From Deltaproteobacteria bacterium (GTDB lineage: Bacteria; UBA10199; GCA-002796325; JACPFF01), in contig JACPFF010000015.1 in assembly GCA_016183065.1 (NCBI GenBank), positions 27,449 through 91,448 of the forward strand: a stretch of 64,000 nt of DNA, written 5' to 3'. The first letter of the stretch is position 1; each line of letters opens with the position of its first letter. The translations under genes and the position numbers were made by a program. Of this stretch, positions 24,951 to 37,603 are shown piece after piece. The notes beneath the pieces are model-generated. The model was given only the letters and a program-made list of their open reading frames with translations, was not told the origin of the DNA and searched no databases.

Positions 24951-25653
24951 GGCGCCGTGTCGTATGCCATCGTGCCGCGTGTTGCAATCCGAAAAGCGTT
25001 GCTGCGAGGATGGAGGTTGACGCGAGAGCGAGTGTCCATGCCTGGATCGCGCAGGCAATGCCGATGCCAAAACCGGCTATGCCGAGATAGAAGAGGACGT
25101 CACACCCGTGGGGTGGCGCCTGCGGGCGTCTCCGGCACAACACGGGGAGACGCCACAGCCGCTGATTGGTGATGATCACCACCCATGGAACGAGAAACCA
25201 TCCGGCAAAGTTGGAGAGGGGGATGCCAAAGTACGGTCCGGGATGGACATAGTCGTAGATCTGTCCGAGAAACCACTCGTTCCCCCGATGCGAGACCGGA
25301 TCGACAATGACATCGAGGAACATGGTGGCACAGGCCCCGGCCAGCGCGACACCCCAGGAACGCGCTGTTGCGAGCCGGTGCTCGGCCAGCGAAAAGCCGG
25401 CATAGATCATGAACGGGTAGGAAAGCGAATCCCACACCGGGACACCGAAGAGGAGGGGATCGGTGGTGAGTTGGTCGTAGTGATACGCATAAAGCCCGTA
25501 CGGAATGCCGACCCGGATCGACAGGGCTTCCGAGCCGAGGGCGATGAGATAACCGGAGGCGAGCCAGAGGAGCGTGCGCGCACTCCCCCATCGCCGGCCG
25601 GCCAACACGAGAAAAGTGACGAGAAAGAGGGTGACATACCACCGGTCCACCAT
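24874..25653 (-). CDS. Polytopic membrane protein, DUF422 ('carotenoid biosynthesis protein')-like
   Basis: Starts MVDRWYVTLFLVTFLVLAG, with multiple TM segments and PVWDSLSYPF / SNFAGWFLV motifs. Start 25653 was chosen because it sits 5 nt after the upstream stop; ATG 25716 is possible. The 3' end overlaps the lysA start by 77 nt. Confidence 0.55.
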   Translation of the reverse strand: MVDRWYVTLFLVTFLVLAGRRWGSARTLLWLASGYLIALGSEALSIRVGIPYGLYAYHYDQLTTDPLLFGVPVWDSLSYPFMIYAGFSLAEHRLATARSWGVALAGACATMFLDVIVDPVSHRGNEWFLGQIYDYVHPGPYFGIPLSNFAGWFLVPWVVIITNQRLWRLPVLCRRRPQAPPHGCDVLFYLGIAGFGIGIACAIQAWTLALASTSILAATLFGLQHAARWHTTRRHDAVPTRSWRAHRGRPAGRSSSRHV

Positions 25654-25658
25654 CCAGC

Positions 25659-26630
25659 TCACAAGACGCCCTGCCGCAAGAGATCGAGGAAGGCGCGCAG
25701 CAGGGTCGGATTCCATTGGCCGCTCTCCAGCTCACGTTCCAGAAGACCGATGGCCTCTTCGCGCGTGCGCCCCTTGCGGTAAGGCCGGTCCGTGGTGATG
25801 GCATCAAACGCGTCACTGATGGCCACGAGTTGGCCAAAGAGGGGAATGTCGTCGCCGGCCAGTCCATCCGGATATCCGGTTCCATCCCAGCGTTCGTGGT
25901 GGGACCGGATGCAGGGGAGGACGGGTCGCAGCGAGCGGAGGGGAAAACAGATTTCATAGCCGCGTTGAGGATGACTCCGGATTTCCGCCATTTCTTCCGA
26001 CGTCAACTTGTCCGGTTTTTTCAGGATGGCCTCACCGATGCCAATCTTGCCAATGTCGTGAATCAAGGCCCCCCGCCGCAAATACTCCAGGTCGCGGTCG
26101 CCAAGACTGATCGTCTTGCCCAACCGGCAGGCCGCTGTGGCCACGCGCTCGGAGTGGCCCCGCGTATACGGATCCTTGGCCTCCATGGCCCGGACGAGGC
26201 TGAAGAGGACGTCTTCCGAACGCTCGAGGTCATCGTGCAAGGCCTTGATCTGGAGGAGGGAGCGAATCCGGGTCGTCAGTTCGATCTTGTTGAACGGTTT
26301 GACCAAGAAATCATCGGCACCAAGCTCGATCGCTTTCAATTTGTCATCCAGTTCCTGGAGGGCCGTGATGACAATGACCGGAATGAATTGGGTCTCCTCA
26401 TCGTGTTTAATGGCACGACAGACTTCGTACCCGCTCACCTTCGGCATCATCAGGTCGAGCAGAATCAGATCGGGCGGGTCGCGGTGAATCTTGGCCAGGG
26501 CTTCTTCACCATCATAGGCGGCCTGGAGGAGATAATCGAACGGTTTGAGTTGCGCACGGATCAGTTCGACATTCACTTTGTTATCATCGACGATCAGGAT
26601 TTTTGGTTGGGCGAGCGGCAGGAGTGGCAT
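25659..26630 (-). CDS. Response regulator with an HD-GYP domain (c-di-GMP phosphodiesterase type)
   Basis: REC domain (ILIVDDNKVN...DLILLDLMMPKVSG) followed by HSERVA, IHDIGKIG and HHERWDGTGYPDGL. Confidence 0.9.
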   Translation of the reverse strand: MPLLPLAQPKILIVDDNKVNVELIRAQLKPFDYLLQAAYDGEEALAKIHRDPPDLILLDLMMPKVSGYEVCRAIKHDEETQFIPVIVITALQELDDKLKAIELGADDFLVKPFNKIELTTRIRSLLQIKALHDDLERSEDVLFSLVRAMEAKDPYTRGHSERVATAACRLGKTISLGDRDLEYLRRGALIHDIGKIGIGEAILKKPDKLTSEEMAEIRSHPQRGYEICFPLRSLRPVLPCIRSHHERWDGTGYPDGLAGDDIPLFGQLVAISDAFDAITTDRPYRKGRTREEAIGLLERELESGQWNPTLLRAFLDLLRQGVL

Positions 26631-26704
26631 AGCGAATGACGGCTACCAGATTCGTGCCATGAAGACAATGCCCATTCGTTGAACCGACACTAGACAATGC
26701 CCGA

Positions 26705-28507
26705 ATGATCGGGCAGATACGCGGCATGTCCCGCATACAGATCTTGTCACCCGAGATCGCCAATCTGATTGCCGCCGGGGAAGTTGTTGAACGGCCGGCA
26801 TCGGTGGTCAAGGAACTGGTCGAGAACGCGCTCGATGCCGAGGCCCATGATATTCTGGTCGAATTGGAGGAGGGAGGAAAGGGGCGGATTGTCGTGCGCG
26901 ATGATGGCGTTGGCATGACCCGCGAGGAGGTCCTCCTCTCCCTCGAACGGCATGCGACGAGCAAGGTGCGATATCGGGAGGACCTGGAGCGCATTGCCAC
27001 CTTTGGCTTTCGCGGCGAGGCGCTCCCTTCCATTGCTGTGGCGGGACATTTCTCCCTGACTTCGCGTGCGCGCCATGGCGCTGATGCGGCCGTGCGTGTC
27101 AGTATATCGCCGCCAGGGACCCCCACGGTCGTTACCGAGGTGGGAGCACCCGCCGGGACATGCGTCGAGGTGCGTCAACTCTTTGCCGACTTGCCGGCGC
27201 GGCGCAAATTTCTGAAGGCGACGCGGACCGAACTCGCGCACATTCACGAGACGCTCACCCGGCTGGCCTTGGGGGCGCCGGAGCGCCGTTTTCGTCTCGT
27301 CCATGGCGGTCGAACGCTCATGGCGTGTCATGCCACCACGGGATTGTCCGAACGGATTGCCGAACTCTTTGGGGCCACGCAGCGCGATCAACTCCTCCCT
27401 CTCGAGACGGAGGGTCCCGTGCGTCTCCGCGGGTATTGCGGACATCCCTCGCTGGCGCGCTCCAGTGGACAACACGGCTATCTCTTTGTGAATGGGCGCG
27501 CGGTGCGCGATCGCCTCCTCCAGCATGCCATCAACGAGGGATACCGGACCTATCTGCCGCGGGGTGCGCAGCCGTTTGTGATCCTCTTTCTTGCATTGGC
27601 TGCGGACGAGGTCGATGTGAATGTCCACCCGACGAAATCGGAGGTCCGTTTTCTCCATGCCGGTGCCATCCATGATCTGGTGCGGACGGCCATCCAGAAA
27701 GCGCTGGGGACGGGGAACACCTTGCGCCATGCGATCACTCCGGAGCCCCGTGATTTTTCTCTGTCGCGGGAGATCCCCTTGGCACAGGAGTCTCAGGGGG
27801 GAGGGGACCCTCTTGGCGGGCCGCTGGCACTCAGGGAGTCCGTGGTGTTGCCGTTGCCGGTCTCGGATGCCGGTTGGCAGCAGCATCTCCTGCCGGCGAT
27901 GGGCCCCGATGACGCCCCGCATCCGGCCGGTCTGCGGCCGATCGGTCAGCTCGCAGCCACCTATCTCCTCTGCGCGACGGAGGAAGGGGGCCTCCTGGTG
28001 ATCGATCAACATGCGGCCGATGAACGGATCGGTTTTGAAACCTTGAAGGCCGCGTATGCGGTACAAAACATCGCCACCCAATATCTCCTGGATCCGGTGA
28101 TCGTCGATCTGTCGCCGCTCGATGTGGCGGCCATTGTGGAACATCAGGAAATCCTGGCGCGTGTCGGTGTCCAGGTCGAGCCGTTCGGGGAGGGGAGCGT
28201 GGTGGTAAAGGCCCTGCCGGCGTTGCTCGCGCAGGCCGATGGGCGGCGGCTCCTCTCGGCCATTGCCGCCCAGTTGCGCGAGTGGGGGCGGTCGAATGCC
28301 GTGGAGGGAGAGGTCGACCATCTCTTCGCGACCATGGCCTGCCATCGCCAGATTCGCGCGGGCGAGCATCTGCGGCCGGCACAGATTGCCGGCCTTGTGG
28401 GTCAGCTGACGCGGGGCGTATCGAAGGATCGCTGTCCGCATGGCCGCCCCACTTGGACCTATTTTTCACCGGACGTGATCAAGGGATGGTTTCATCGACC
28501 GACGTGA
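26705..28507 (+). CDS. mutL: DNA mismatch repair protein MutL
   Basis: GHKL N-terminus IANLIAAGEVVERPASVVKELVENALDA. 600 aa. Confidence 0.95.
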   Translation: MIGQIRGMSRIQILSPEIANLIAAGEVVERPASVVKELVENALDAEAHDILVELEEGGKGRIVVRDDGVGMTREEVLLSLERHATSKVRYREDLERIATFGFRGEALPSIAVAGHFSLTSRARHGADAAVRVSISPPGTPTVVTEVGAPAGTCVEVRQLFADLPARRKFLKATRTELAHIHETLTRLALGAPERRFRLVHGGRTLMACHATTGLSERIAELFGATQRDQLLPLETEGPVRLRGYCGHPSLARSSGQHGYLFVNGRAVRDRLLQHAINEGYRTYLPRGAQPFVILFLALAADEVDVNVHPTKSEVRFLHAGAIHDLVRTAIQKALGTGNTLRHAITPEPRDFSLSREIPLAQESQGGGDPLGGPLALRESVVLPLPVSDAGWQQHLLPAMGPDDAPHPAGLRPIGQLAATYLLCATEEGGLLVIDQHAADERIGFETLKAAYAVQNIATQYLLDPVIVDLSPLDVAAIVEHQEILARVGVQVEPFGEGSVVVKALPALLAQADGRRLLSAIAAQLREWGRSNAVEGEVDHLFATMACHRQIRAGEHLRPAQIAGLVGQLTRGVSKDRCPHGRPTWTYFSPDVIKGWFHRPT

Positions 28508-28553
28508 ATCATGTTATCCCCGCACACGCGGGAAACGGTCATGCAGCGGTACT

Positions 28554-30792
<2,239 letters not shown>

Positions 30793-30793
30793 T

Positions 30794-30916
30794 GTCGTGT
30801 TCCAGAAATTCCTTTATGCTTCGTTGCCCACTCACTCGCGATCCTCACGTACAACCACGTACGCTCCGGTCGCTCGTTCGCGGGCGCCTCGCCTAAAGAA
30901 ATTTCTGGAACACGAC
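30794..30916. repeat. 123-nt element with 23-nt terminal inverted repeats (22/23 match)
   Basis: Left arm GTCGTGTTCCAGAAATTCCTTTA (30794-30816). Right arm TAAAGAAATTTCTGGAACACGAC (30894-30916). The 77-nt interior contains the direct repeat CACGTAC-aac-CACGTAC. Confidence 0.7.
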
Positions 30917-30945
30917 TGTAAAGAAGCATCAGGAGCACTACACTC

Positions 30946-31413
30946 ATGATCACGCCGACGGATGTGCGTCTTCGCTCCTTCCAGCCCGCCGACCTGCCGG
31001 CCCTAGTCGCGCTGGAGGCCGCGCTCTTTCCTGATCCCTGGTCGTACGAGACTTTTGCCTCGACATTGCACCATGCGACGACCGCAGCGTATGTGGCGGA
31101 GCACCGCGAACACCTGGTCGGCTATGCACTGGTTCGGACCGCCCATGATCACGCCGACCTCCTGACCATTGGCGTTGCGCCGACGCACCAGCGGTGTGGT
31201 GTCGGCCGTTTGCTCATCGATACGCTCATCGGGCATTGCCGGCACGTTCGCGTGACGGCCCTCTTTCTTGAAGTCCGGAGGGAGAATCATTCCGCACAGG
31301 CCTTTTATCGGCGTCTCGACTTTGTCGAGATCGGCGTGCGACGCGGGTATTATCGTCATCCGATCGATGATGCCATTGTCATGCAACGTGTCATCGGTGC
31401 CGTGCACGAGTGA
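30946..31413 (+). CDS. rimI: Ribosomal-protein-alanine N-acetyltransferase (GNAT)
   Basis: GNAT core LLTIGVAPTHQRCGVGRLL and typical RimI length. Confidence 0.8.
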   Translation: MITPTDVRLRSFQPADLPALVALEAALFPDPWSYETFASTLHHATTAAYVAEHREHLVGYALVRTAHDHADLLTIGVAPTHQRCGVGRLLIDTLIGHCRHVRVTALFLEVRRENHSAQAFYRRLDFVEIGVRRGYYRHPIDDAIVMQRVIGAVHE

Positions 31414-31468
31414 TGCGGGGGTTGACGGCTCCGACCAAGGATGCCACAATGTTTTTTGAGGCACACCT

Positions 31469-31963
31469 ATGTTAATCGAAATGAAAGTGACGGGACTGAC
31501 GATCGATCCCTTTACGAGTATGCCGATCATCATCTTGAAAGATCTGGAGGAGCGGAGTTCGCTCCCTATCTGGATTGGACTGATTGAGGCCAGTGCCATT
31601 GCCACCGAACTGGAGAAGATTCAGCTCGCCCGGCCGATGACCCATGATTTGCTCCGCAATATTCTGGACATCCTCGAGGCCAGCGTCCAGCGGGTTGCGG
31701 TCACGGATCTCGCGGATAATACCTTTTATGCCCGGATCTATATCCGCCAGGGGGAGAAGGAATATGAACTCGATGCGCGTCCCTCCGATGCGATCGCCCT
31801 GGCGTTGCGGACCAAGGCGCCGATTTTTGTGGAAAAGGCGGTAATCGAAAAGTCGCGAAAGATCGATCTCTCGACGGAAACCGAGGCCGAGGCCAAGCAG
31901 CAAAAATGGGCCGAGATCCTCGAAAATCTCAATCCGGAAGATTTCGGAAAATATAAGATGTAA
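31469..31963 (+). CDS. Bifunctional nuclease family protein (DUF151)
   Basis: PIIILKDLEERSSLPIWIGLIEASAIA...ARPMTHDLL...DARPSDAIALALR. Confidence 0.8.
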   Translation: MLIEMKVTGLTIDPFTSMPIIILKDLEERSSLPIWIGLIEASAIATELEKIQLARPMTHDLLRNILDILEASVQRVAVTDLADNTFYARIYIRQGEKEYELDARPSDAIALALRTKAPIFVEKAVIEKSRKIDLSTETEAEAKQQKWAEILENLNPEDFGKYKM

Positions 31964-32397
31964 TGGGAGCCCCTCACGTGACACGCAGGGTATTGCGGCG
32001 ACGCGGCATGGCTTGGGTACTCCCGGCACTTGTCATGACGGCGATTGCCCTCTCTTCGCAGATTCCCGGTCGCGAACTTCCCGCACTCTTTTCGCATGCA
32101 GATACATGGCTCCATGGTCTCATGTATGGAACGCTCGGCTTTTCGTTCATTCGCGCCATGCGCTATTGGCGTCCCCCGCTGACGGTGCGGCATCTGGGCG
32201 TTTCGTTGCTGGTGACCATCGCGTTTGGCGCGATCGATGAATGCCACCAATATTTTGTCCCGGGCCGATCGATGGAAGGCTATGACCTTCTGGCCGACGG
32301 CGTTGGCATCGTGCTTGGCATGGTGCTTTATCTTTGCTATTTTCGGACGCGCTATGTCGCACCGAAGACGTTTTCATCCGCTCCCTCTCCACTGTGA
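31963..32397 (+). CDS. VanZ-like membrane protein
   Basis: VanZ pattern HGLMYGTLGFSF...AFGAIDECHQYFVPGRSMEGYDLLADGVG. ATG 32008 is an alternative start. Confidence 0.7.
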   Translation: MGAPHVTRRVLRRRGMAWVLPALVMTAIALSSQIPGRELPALFSHADTWLHGLMYGTLGFSFIRAMRYWRPPLTVRHLGVSLLVTIAFGAIDECHQYFVPGRSMEGYDLLADGVGIVLGMVLYLCYFRTRYVAPKTFSSAPSPL

Positions 32398-33541
32398 CCC
32401 CCGGTATTTCGAGCGCGGGCTGGTGCTCGGCATCTCCGGGGGGATCGATTCCGTGGTCCTCCTCCATCGGTGCATAGCCGTATGGAAGAACGTCGGGAAG
32501 GGGCCGCTCATTCCCGTCCATGTGAATTACGGTCTGCGACCCCAGGCCGACGAGGACCAACATTTTGTCGAGCAGTTGGCCACTGCCTACGGGCATCCCG
32601 CGCAGATCTATCGCGCGCCGCGCGCTCCGGACGGTGCCAATATCCAGGCGTGGGCGCGCACCATGCGGTACAATGTTTTTCAGGCCGTGGCAGAGACCCA
32701 TCGGTGTGCCGCTGTTGCCGTCGCGCATCATGCCGACGATCAAATCGAGACGCTCCTCTGGCATCTGCTGCGGGGCACCGGGCTCGATGGCCTGGTCGGC
32801 ATGGTGGCCGTCCGGCCCCTGACGGCCACGATCGATCTCTATCGCCCCTTCCTTTCGTATCGGCGCGCGGATTTGATGAGTTATGCGCGTGAGCACGATC
32901 TCTCTTTTCGCGATGACCTGACAAACAGCGGAGACCACTATACCCGCGGCCGAATTCGCCATGAACTCCTCCCCCTGTGCGAATCCATTCACGCGGGTGC
33001 CGGGCGCCATATGGCGGCATTGGCGACCTCGGTGGCCCCGGATGCCCTGCTGCTGCGTACGATGGCACAGACGGCCTGGGAAACCATGGCCACGCCGTGC
33101 GTTACCGGGGTCTCCTGGGAGCGGACGTCTTTGCTTGCGTTGGCGCCGGCCCTGCGGCCACGCGTGCTGTCCCTTGCCTATCGCAAGGCTGCGGGGACGT
33201 GGCACCACGTGGGGAGCGATCAGCTTCGGCGGATGCAGGAAATTCTCGAGAGGGGACGCGGAACCTACCACTTACCGCAGGGGATCACGTTCGAATGTCA
33301 CCGCGGGGTATGTCGTATACGGAAAGGGCCATTGCGCTTTCTCTATGACCGTGCTAAAGGGATTCTCGCAACCGTACGGCGGCAACACCGGAAAAACATT
33401 AATGAAATCGGGAGGAGTTCGAGAGATCATGAAGCAATCACAACGGACATTATTTCTCTGGATGATGATCGTTTTTGTCATTTTGGCGATCCTCCATGTT
33501 TTGGGGAGTCAACAACCGATGGTCGAACGGGTCAGTTTTAG
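32354..33541 (+). CDS. tilS: tRNA(Ile)-lysidine synthase
   Basis: PP-loop [14 protein letters not shown] and [12 protein letters not shown]. There is no stop before 33541, so the 3' end overlaps ftsH by 113 nt. Confidence 0.85.
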   Translation: MSHRRRFHPLPLHCDPRYFERGLVLGISGGIDSVVLLHRCIAVWKNVGKGPLIPVHVNYGLRPQADEDQHFVEQLATAYGHPAQIYRAPRAPDGANIQAWARTMRYNVFQAVAETHRCAAVAVAHHADDQIETLLWHLLRGTGLDGLVGMVAVRPLTATIDLYRPFLSYRRADLMSYAREHDLSFRDDLTNSGDHYTRGRIRHELLPLCESIHAGAGRHMAALATSVAPDALLLRTMAQTAWETMATPCVTGVSWERTSLLALAPALRPRVLSLAYRKAAGTWHHVGSDQLRRMQEILERGRGTYHLPQGITFECHRGVCRIRKGPLRFLYDRAKGILATVRRQHRKNINEIGRSSRDHEAITTDIISLDDDRFCHFGDPPCFGESTTDGRTGQF

Positions 33542-35339
33542 TGAATTTCTCGGTGCAGTCGAAGAGGGACGCGTCGTCAGTGTGGAAATTGAGGAGGAAG
33601 AATATCGCGGCCGATTCACCACAGGGGAACAATTCATGACCGTCGGTCCGATCAACAGTGAAAAGGCCCTCGATCTCCTGACGAAATCGGATGTACAGCT
33701 CACCTATGAACGCCCGCGTGAGACGCCGTTGTGGCAGCATTTTCTTATTTCCTGGCTCCCCATGTTGTTGCTCTTCGGTTTTTTCTTTTTCTCCATGCGC
33801 CAGTTGCAGATCGGCGGTGGCAAGGCCATGAGTTTTGGTCGAAGCAAGGCACGGCTCCTCGTGGAGCAGCACAAGAAGGTGACCTTTGCCGATGCGGCGG
33901 GCATTGACGAAGCCAAGGAAGAACTGGAAGAGATTATCGAATTTCTGAAAGATCCCAAACGATTCACGCGACTTGGAGGTCGCATCCCCAAGGGGGTCTT
34001 GCTGATGGGACCGCCGGGGACCGGAAAAACCTTGTTGGCCCGTGCCATTGCCGGCGAGGCAGGTGTTCCCTTTTTCAGCATGAGCGGCTCCGATTTTGTG
34101 GAGATGTTTGTTGGCGTTGGTGCCGCGCGGGTCCGCGACCTCTTTGAGCAGGGGAAGAAACATGCCCCGTGTATCGTCTTCATCGACGAAATTGACGCCG
34201 TGGGACGGAGTCGCGGTGCGGGACTTGGCGGCGGCCATGACGAGCGCGAGCAGACCCTGAACCAGTTGCTGGTCGAAATGGACGGGTTCGAATCAAACGA
34301 CGGTGTCATTATCGTCGCGGCCACGAACCGCCCGGATGTCCTCGATTCCGCACTCTTGCGGCCCGGCCGGTTTGATCGGCGCATCATTGTCCCCTCGCCG
34401 GATGTCAAGGGGCGCGAGGGCATCCTGGCCGTGCATGCCCGGCGGGTGAAACTCGATCTTGCGGTCGATCTGGCCGCGATTGCGCGTGGCACCCCCGGGT
34501 TTAGCGGCGCGGATCTGGAATCAGTCGTGAATGAAGCGGCACTCCTTGCCGTCCGGCGGAGCCACGAGATGGTCGAGCAGTCGGATTTTGAAATGGCCAA
34601 GGACAAGGTCTTGATGGGGTCCGAACGCCGGAGTCTCATTATCACCCCGGAAGAGCGGCGGACCACGGCCTATCACGAGGCGGGACACGCCTTAGTGGCC
34701 CGGATGACTCCCGGGACCGATCCGGTCCACAAGGTCTCGATTATTCCCCGGGGGCGGGCGCTCGGGGTGACGCAACAGCTCCCCACCGATGATCGATACA
34801 CGCAATCGCGCACCTATTGTGAGCATACGATTGCCGTCCTGATGGGGGGACGCGCCGCCGAAGAACTCGTGCTGAAACAGCGGACGACCGGCGCGGGGAA
34901 TGACATCGAAAAGGCCACGGCCTTGGCGCGTAAAATGGTCTGCGAATGGGGAATGAGCGAGAAATTGGGACCGCTGACGTTCGGGAAAAAAGAGGAGATG
35001 ATTTTTCTGGGTCGCGAAATTGCGCAGCCCTCGGAATATAGTGAAGAGACCGCGCGGGAAATCGACGAGGAGATCCACCGACTCGTGACCGAAAATTACC
35101 AGCGTGCCCTCGTGATTCTCGGGGAACATGAGGCCACACTCCATACGATGGCTGAGGCCCTGCTCGATCGCGAGGTGATCGATGCCCACGAAATCGACTT
35201 GATCCTGCACGGGAAACCGTTACCTCCGCGCCGCGTGGACCCGGCTGTCGTGCGGCCGTCTCCCTCCACACCGGTCAATAGTCCCTCATCCACGGTCGCC
35301 ACCAAGCGGAAGCCGAGGACAGCTCCCAGCAAGGCATAG
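33429..35339 (+). CDS. ftsH: ATP-dependent zinc metalloprotease FtsH
   Basis: GGGAGGAG RBS, two TM segments, Walker [19 protein letters not shown], and zinc site HEAGHALVA. Confidence 0.95.
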   Translation: MKQSQRTLFLWMMIVFVILAILHVLGSQQPMVERVSFSEFLGAVEEGRVVSVEIEEEEYRGRFTTGEQFMTVGPINSEKALDLLTKSDVQLTYERPRETPLWQHFLISWLPMLLLFGFFFFSMRQLQIGGGKAMSFGRSKARLLVEQHKKVTFADAAGIDEAKEELEEIIEFLKDPKRFTRLGGRIPKGVLLMGPPGTGKTLLARAIAGEAGVPFFSMSGSDFVEMFVGVGAARVRDLFEQGKKHAPCIVFIDEIDAVGRSRGAGLGGGHDEREQTLNQLLVEMDGFESNDGVIIVAATNRPDVLDSALLRPGRFDRRIIVPSPDVKGREGILAVHARRVKLDLAVDLAAIARGTPGFSGADLESVVNEAALLAVRRSHEMVEQSDFEMAKDKVLMGSERRSLIITPEERRTTAYHEAGHALVARMTPGTDPVHKVSIIPRGRALGVTQQLPTDDRYTQSRTYCEHTIAVLMGGRAAEELVLKQRTTGAGNDIEKATALARKMVCEWGMSEKLGPLTFGKKEEMIFLGREIAQPSEYSEETAREIDEEIHRLVTENYQRALVILGEHEATLHTMAEALLDREVIDAHEIDLILHGKPLPPRRVDPAVVRPSPSTPVNSPSSTVATKRKPRTAPSKA

Positions 35340-35345
35340 CCGGCC

Positions 35346-36158
35346 ATGACGGGAACGCGTTGCCAGATCATGGGGATTGTCAATGTCACGCCGGATTCCT
35401 TCTACACCGGCAACCGTTTTGCCAGTGCCGAGGCCGCGATCGATGCGGCCTGCCGGATGGTCGATGATGGCGCGGATCGGCTCGATATCGGCGGCGAGTC
35501 GTCGCGCCCCGGGGGAGTTGCGGTGAGCGCGACAGAAGAGTTGCGTCGCGTCATCCCCGTGGTTGATGGTGTGCACGCACGATATCCTGCCATGCCGCTC
35601 TCCATTGATACGACCAAAGCCGTGGTCGCGCAGGAGGCCATTGCTGCCGGGGCGACGATGGTGAACGATATCACGGCAGGCCGTGGTGATCCGGCCATGA
35701 TGCCGGTCGTTGCCACACACGGTGTCTCGTATCTCCTCATGCACATGCAAGGGACTCCGCAGACCATGCAGCAGGCGCCGCACTACGACGATGTCGAACG
35801 GGAGGTTGGCGATTTCCTGGCAGCACGTCTTCGTGCCGCGACCGCGGCAGGGATCGATCCTTCTCGCTGTTACTTGGACCCCGGCATTGGGTTCGGCAAA
35901 CGCCCCGACGACAACCTGCGACTCCTCAAGGCCCTTCCACGGTTGATTGCGGGGCCCACTCAGTGGGTCCTCGGTGTCTCCCGCAAGTCGATCATCGGTT
36001 TTCTGCTGGGTGGTGTGGCGGTGGAAGGGCGGTTGGAGGGAAGTCTGGCACTCGTTGCGTGGGGAGCCTGGCATGGGATTGCCATCGTCCGGGTCCATGA
36101 CGTGGCCGAGACCCGCCGGTTTCTCACGGTGTGGGACGCGGTGGCCTCCGGTGGCTAA
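35346..36158 (+). CDS. folP: Dihydropteroate synthase
   Basis: IMGIVNVTPDSFYTG and DIGGESSRPG. Confidence 0.9.
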   Translation: MTGTRCQIMGIVNVTPDSFYTGNRFASAEAAIDAACRMVDDGADRLDIGGESSRPGGVAVSATEELRRVIPVVDGVHARYPAMPLSIDTTKAVVAQEAIAAGATMVNDITAGRGDPAMMPVVATHGVSYLLMHMQGTPQTMQQAPHYDDVEREVGDFLAARLRAATAAGIDPSRCYLDPGIGFGKRPDDNLRLLKALPRLIAGPTQWVLGVSRKSIIGFLLGGVAVEGRLEGSLALVAWGAWHGIAIVRVHDVAETRRFLTVWDAVASGG

Positions 36159-36200
36159 GGACGCTTGCGTTTCGGCCACTGGCGGGATAAGAAGGCCGCA

Positions 36201-37559
36201 ATGACCGTGGAACGGACGATCTTTGGGACCGATGGCGTGCGCGGCGTGGCGAATGAAGAGCCGATGACGGTCGAGGTCGCCTTGCGACTCGGGCAAGCCG
36301 TGGCCTATCAATTTCGTCACCGACGGCGTCACGGCATTGTCATCGGAAAAGATACGCGCCTCTCGGGATACATGCTCGAAACTGCGCTTGCCTCCGGCAT
36401 CTGCTCCATGGGTGGCGATGTCCTCTTGGTGGGTCCGCTGCCGACGCCCGGGGTTGCCTATATCACCCGGGGCATGCGTGCGGACGCCGGGGTGATGATC
36501 TCGGCCTCGCACAACCCGTATCAAGATAACGGCATTAAATTCTTCGATGGGCAGGGATATAAGCTTCCCGATGCCGTTGAACAGGCCATTGAAGCCATCA
36601 TGGCCAATGGGGCGCTCGATCGGCAGCGGCCGACTGCCCAGGATATTGGTCGTGCAGCCCGGATCGATGACGCGGCCGGACGGTACATTACTTTTCTTAA
36701 GTCGACTGTCCCGGAGGGGATGACCTTTGACGGGATGAAGATCGTCGTCGATTGTGCACATGGCGCCGGGTATCGTGTGGCGCCCGCGGTCCTCTCAGAA
36801 TTGGGGGCCCACGTGATCGCCATCGGGATCAGTCCGGACGGGCGGAATATCAATCGCGGCGGCGGGGCCCTGCATCCCGAATATGTGAGTCGCATCGTCC
36901 GAGAACATGGGGCGGATTGCGGTTTTGCACTCGATGGCGATGCCGACCGCGTCATCATGTGTGATGCCGATGGGACGGTGGTCGACGGCGATGCCATTCT
37001 TGCCCTGTGTGCCGTGGATATGCAGCGCAACGGCGAGCTGGCACATGGCACCGTGGTGGCCACCACCATGAGCAATCTGGGACTCATTCTCTCATTGCAG
37101 TCCCTTGGCATCACCGTCGTGCGGGCCAACGTGGGCGATCGCTATGTCATCCAGGAAATGCGTGCCGGTGGGTATATGCTCGGCGGTGAGCAATCCGGGC
37201 ACATTATTTTTGCCAAACATAGCACCACAGGTGATGGGATTCTCGGCGCGCTCAAAGTGCTTTCCATTATGCACCAGACCGGGCAGTCGCTCTCGATGCT
37301 TCGCGCGGTGATGCAGACGGTCCCACAGGTCCTGGTCAATGTCCCGGTCCGGGAGAAACGCCCGATCGGTGATATGGCACCGGTCGCCTCGCTGATCGCC
37401 ACCTATGAGAAAGAACTCGGCGCTCGTGGGAGGATCCTCGTACGGTATTCCGGGACGGAAAAAGTCGCGCGCGTCATGATCGAGGGGGAGCGGCAGGAGC
37501 AGATACGAAAAATGGCCGATACGTTGGCCGGCGAGATCTCCCAACAATTAGGGATATGA
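36201..37559 (+). CDS. glmM: Phosphoglucosamine mutase
   Basis: FGTDGVRGVANE and active-site MISASHNPYQDNGIKFF. Confidence 0.95.
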   Translation: MTVERTIFGTDGVRGVANEEPMTVEVALRLGQAVAYQFRHRRRHGIVIGKDTRLSGYMLETALASGICSMGGDVLLVGPLPTPGVAYITRGMRADAGVMISASHNPYQDNGIKFFDGQGYKLPDAVEQAIEAIMANGALDRQRPTAQDIGRAARIDDAAGRYITFLKSTVPEGMTFDGMKIVVDCAHGAGYRVAPAVLSELGAHVIAIGISPDGRNINRGGGALHPEYVSRIVREHGADCGFALDGDADRVIMCDADGTVVDGDAILALCAVDMQRNGELAHGTVVATTMSNLGLILSLQSLGITVVRANVGDRYVIQEMRAGGYMLGGEQSGHIIFAKHSTTGDGILGALKVLSIMHQTGQSLSMLRAVMQTVPQVLVNVPVREKRPIGDMAPVASLIATYEKELGARGRILVRYSGTEKVARVMIEGERQEQIRKMADTLAGEISQQLGI

Positions 37560-37603
37560 TGCACAAACGGACCTTTTTCGACAGTCTGTGAGGCTGGGAC
37601 GAC

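Noticed and set aside
31963-31985. GGGAGCCCCTCACGTG at the VanZ start as another copy of the repeat cap GGAGGGGCTCACGT
   Set aside because: Similarity is limited to CTCACGT plus flanking G/C. No hairpin modules follow, and it lies within coding sequence. It is probably chance.
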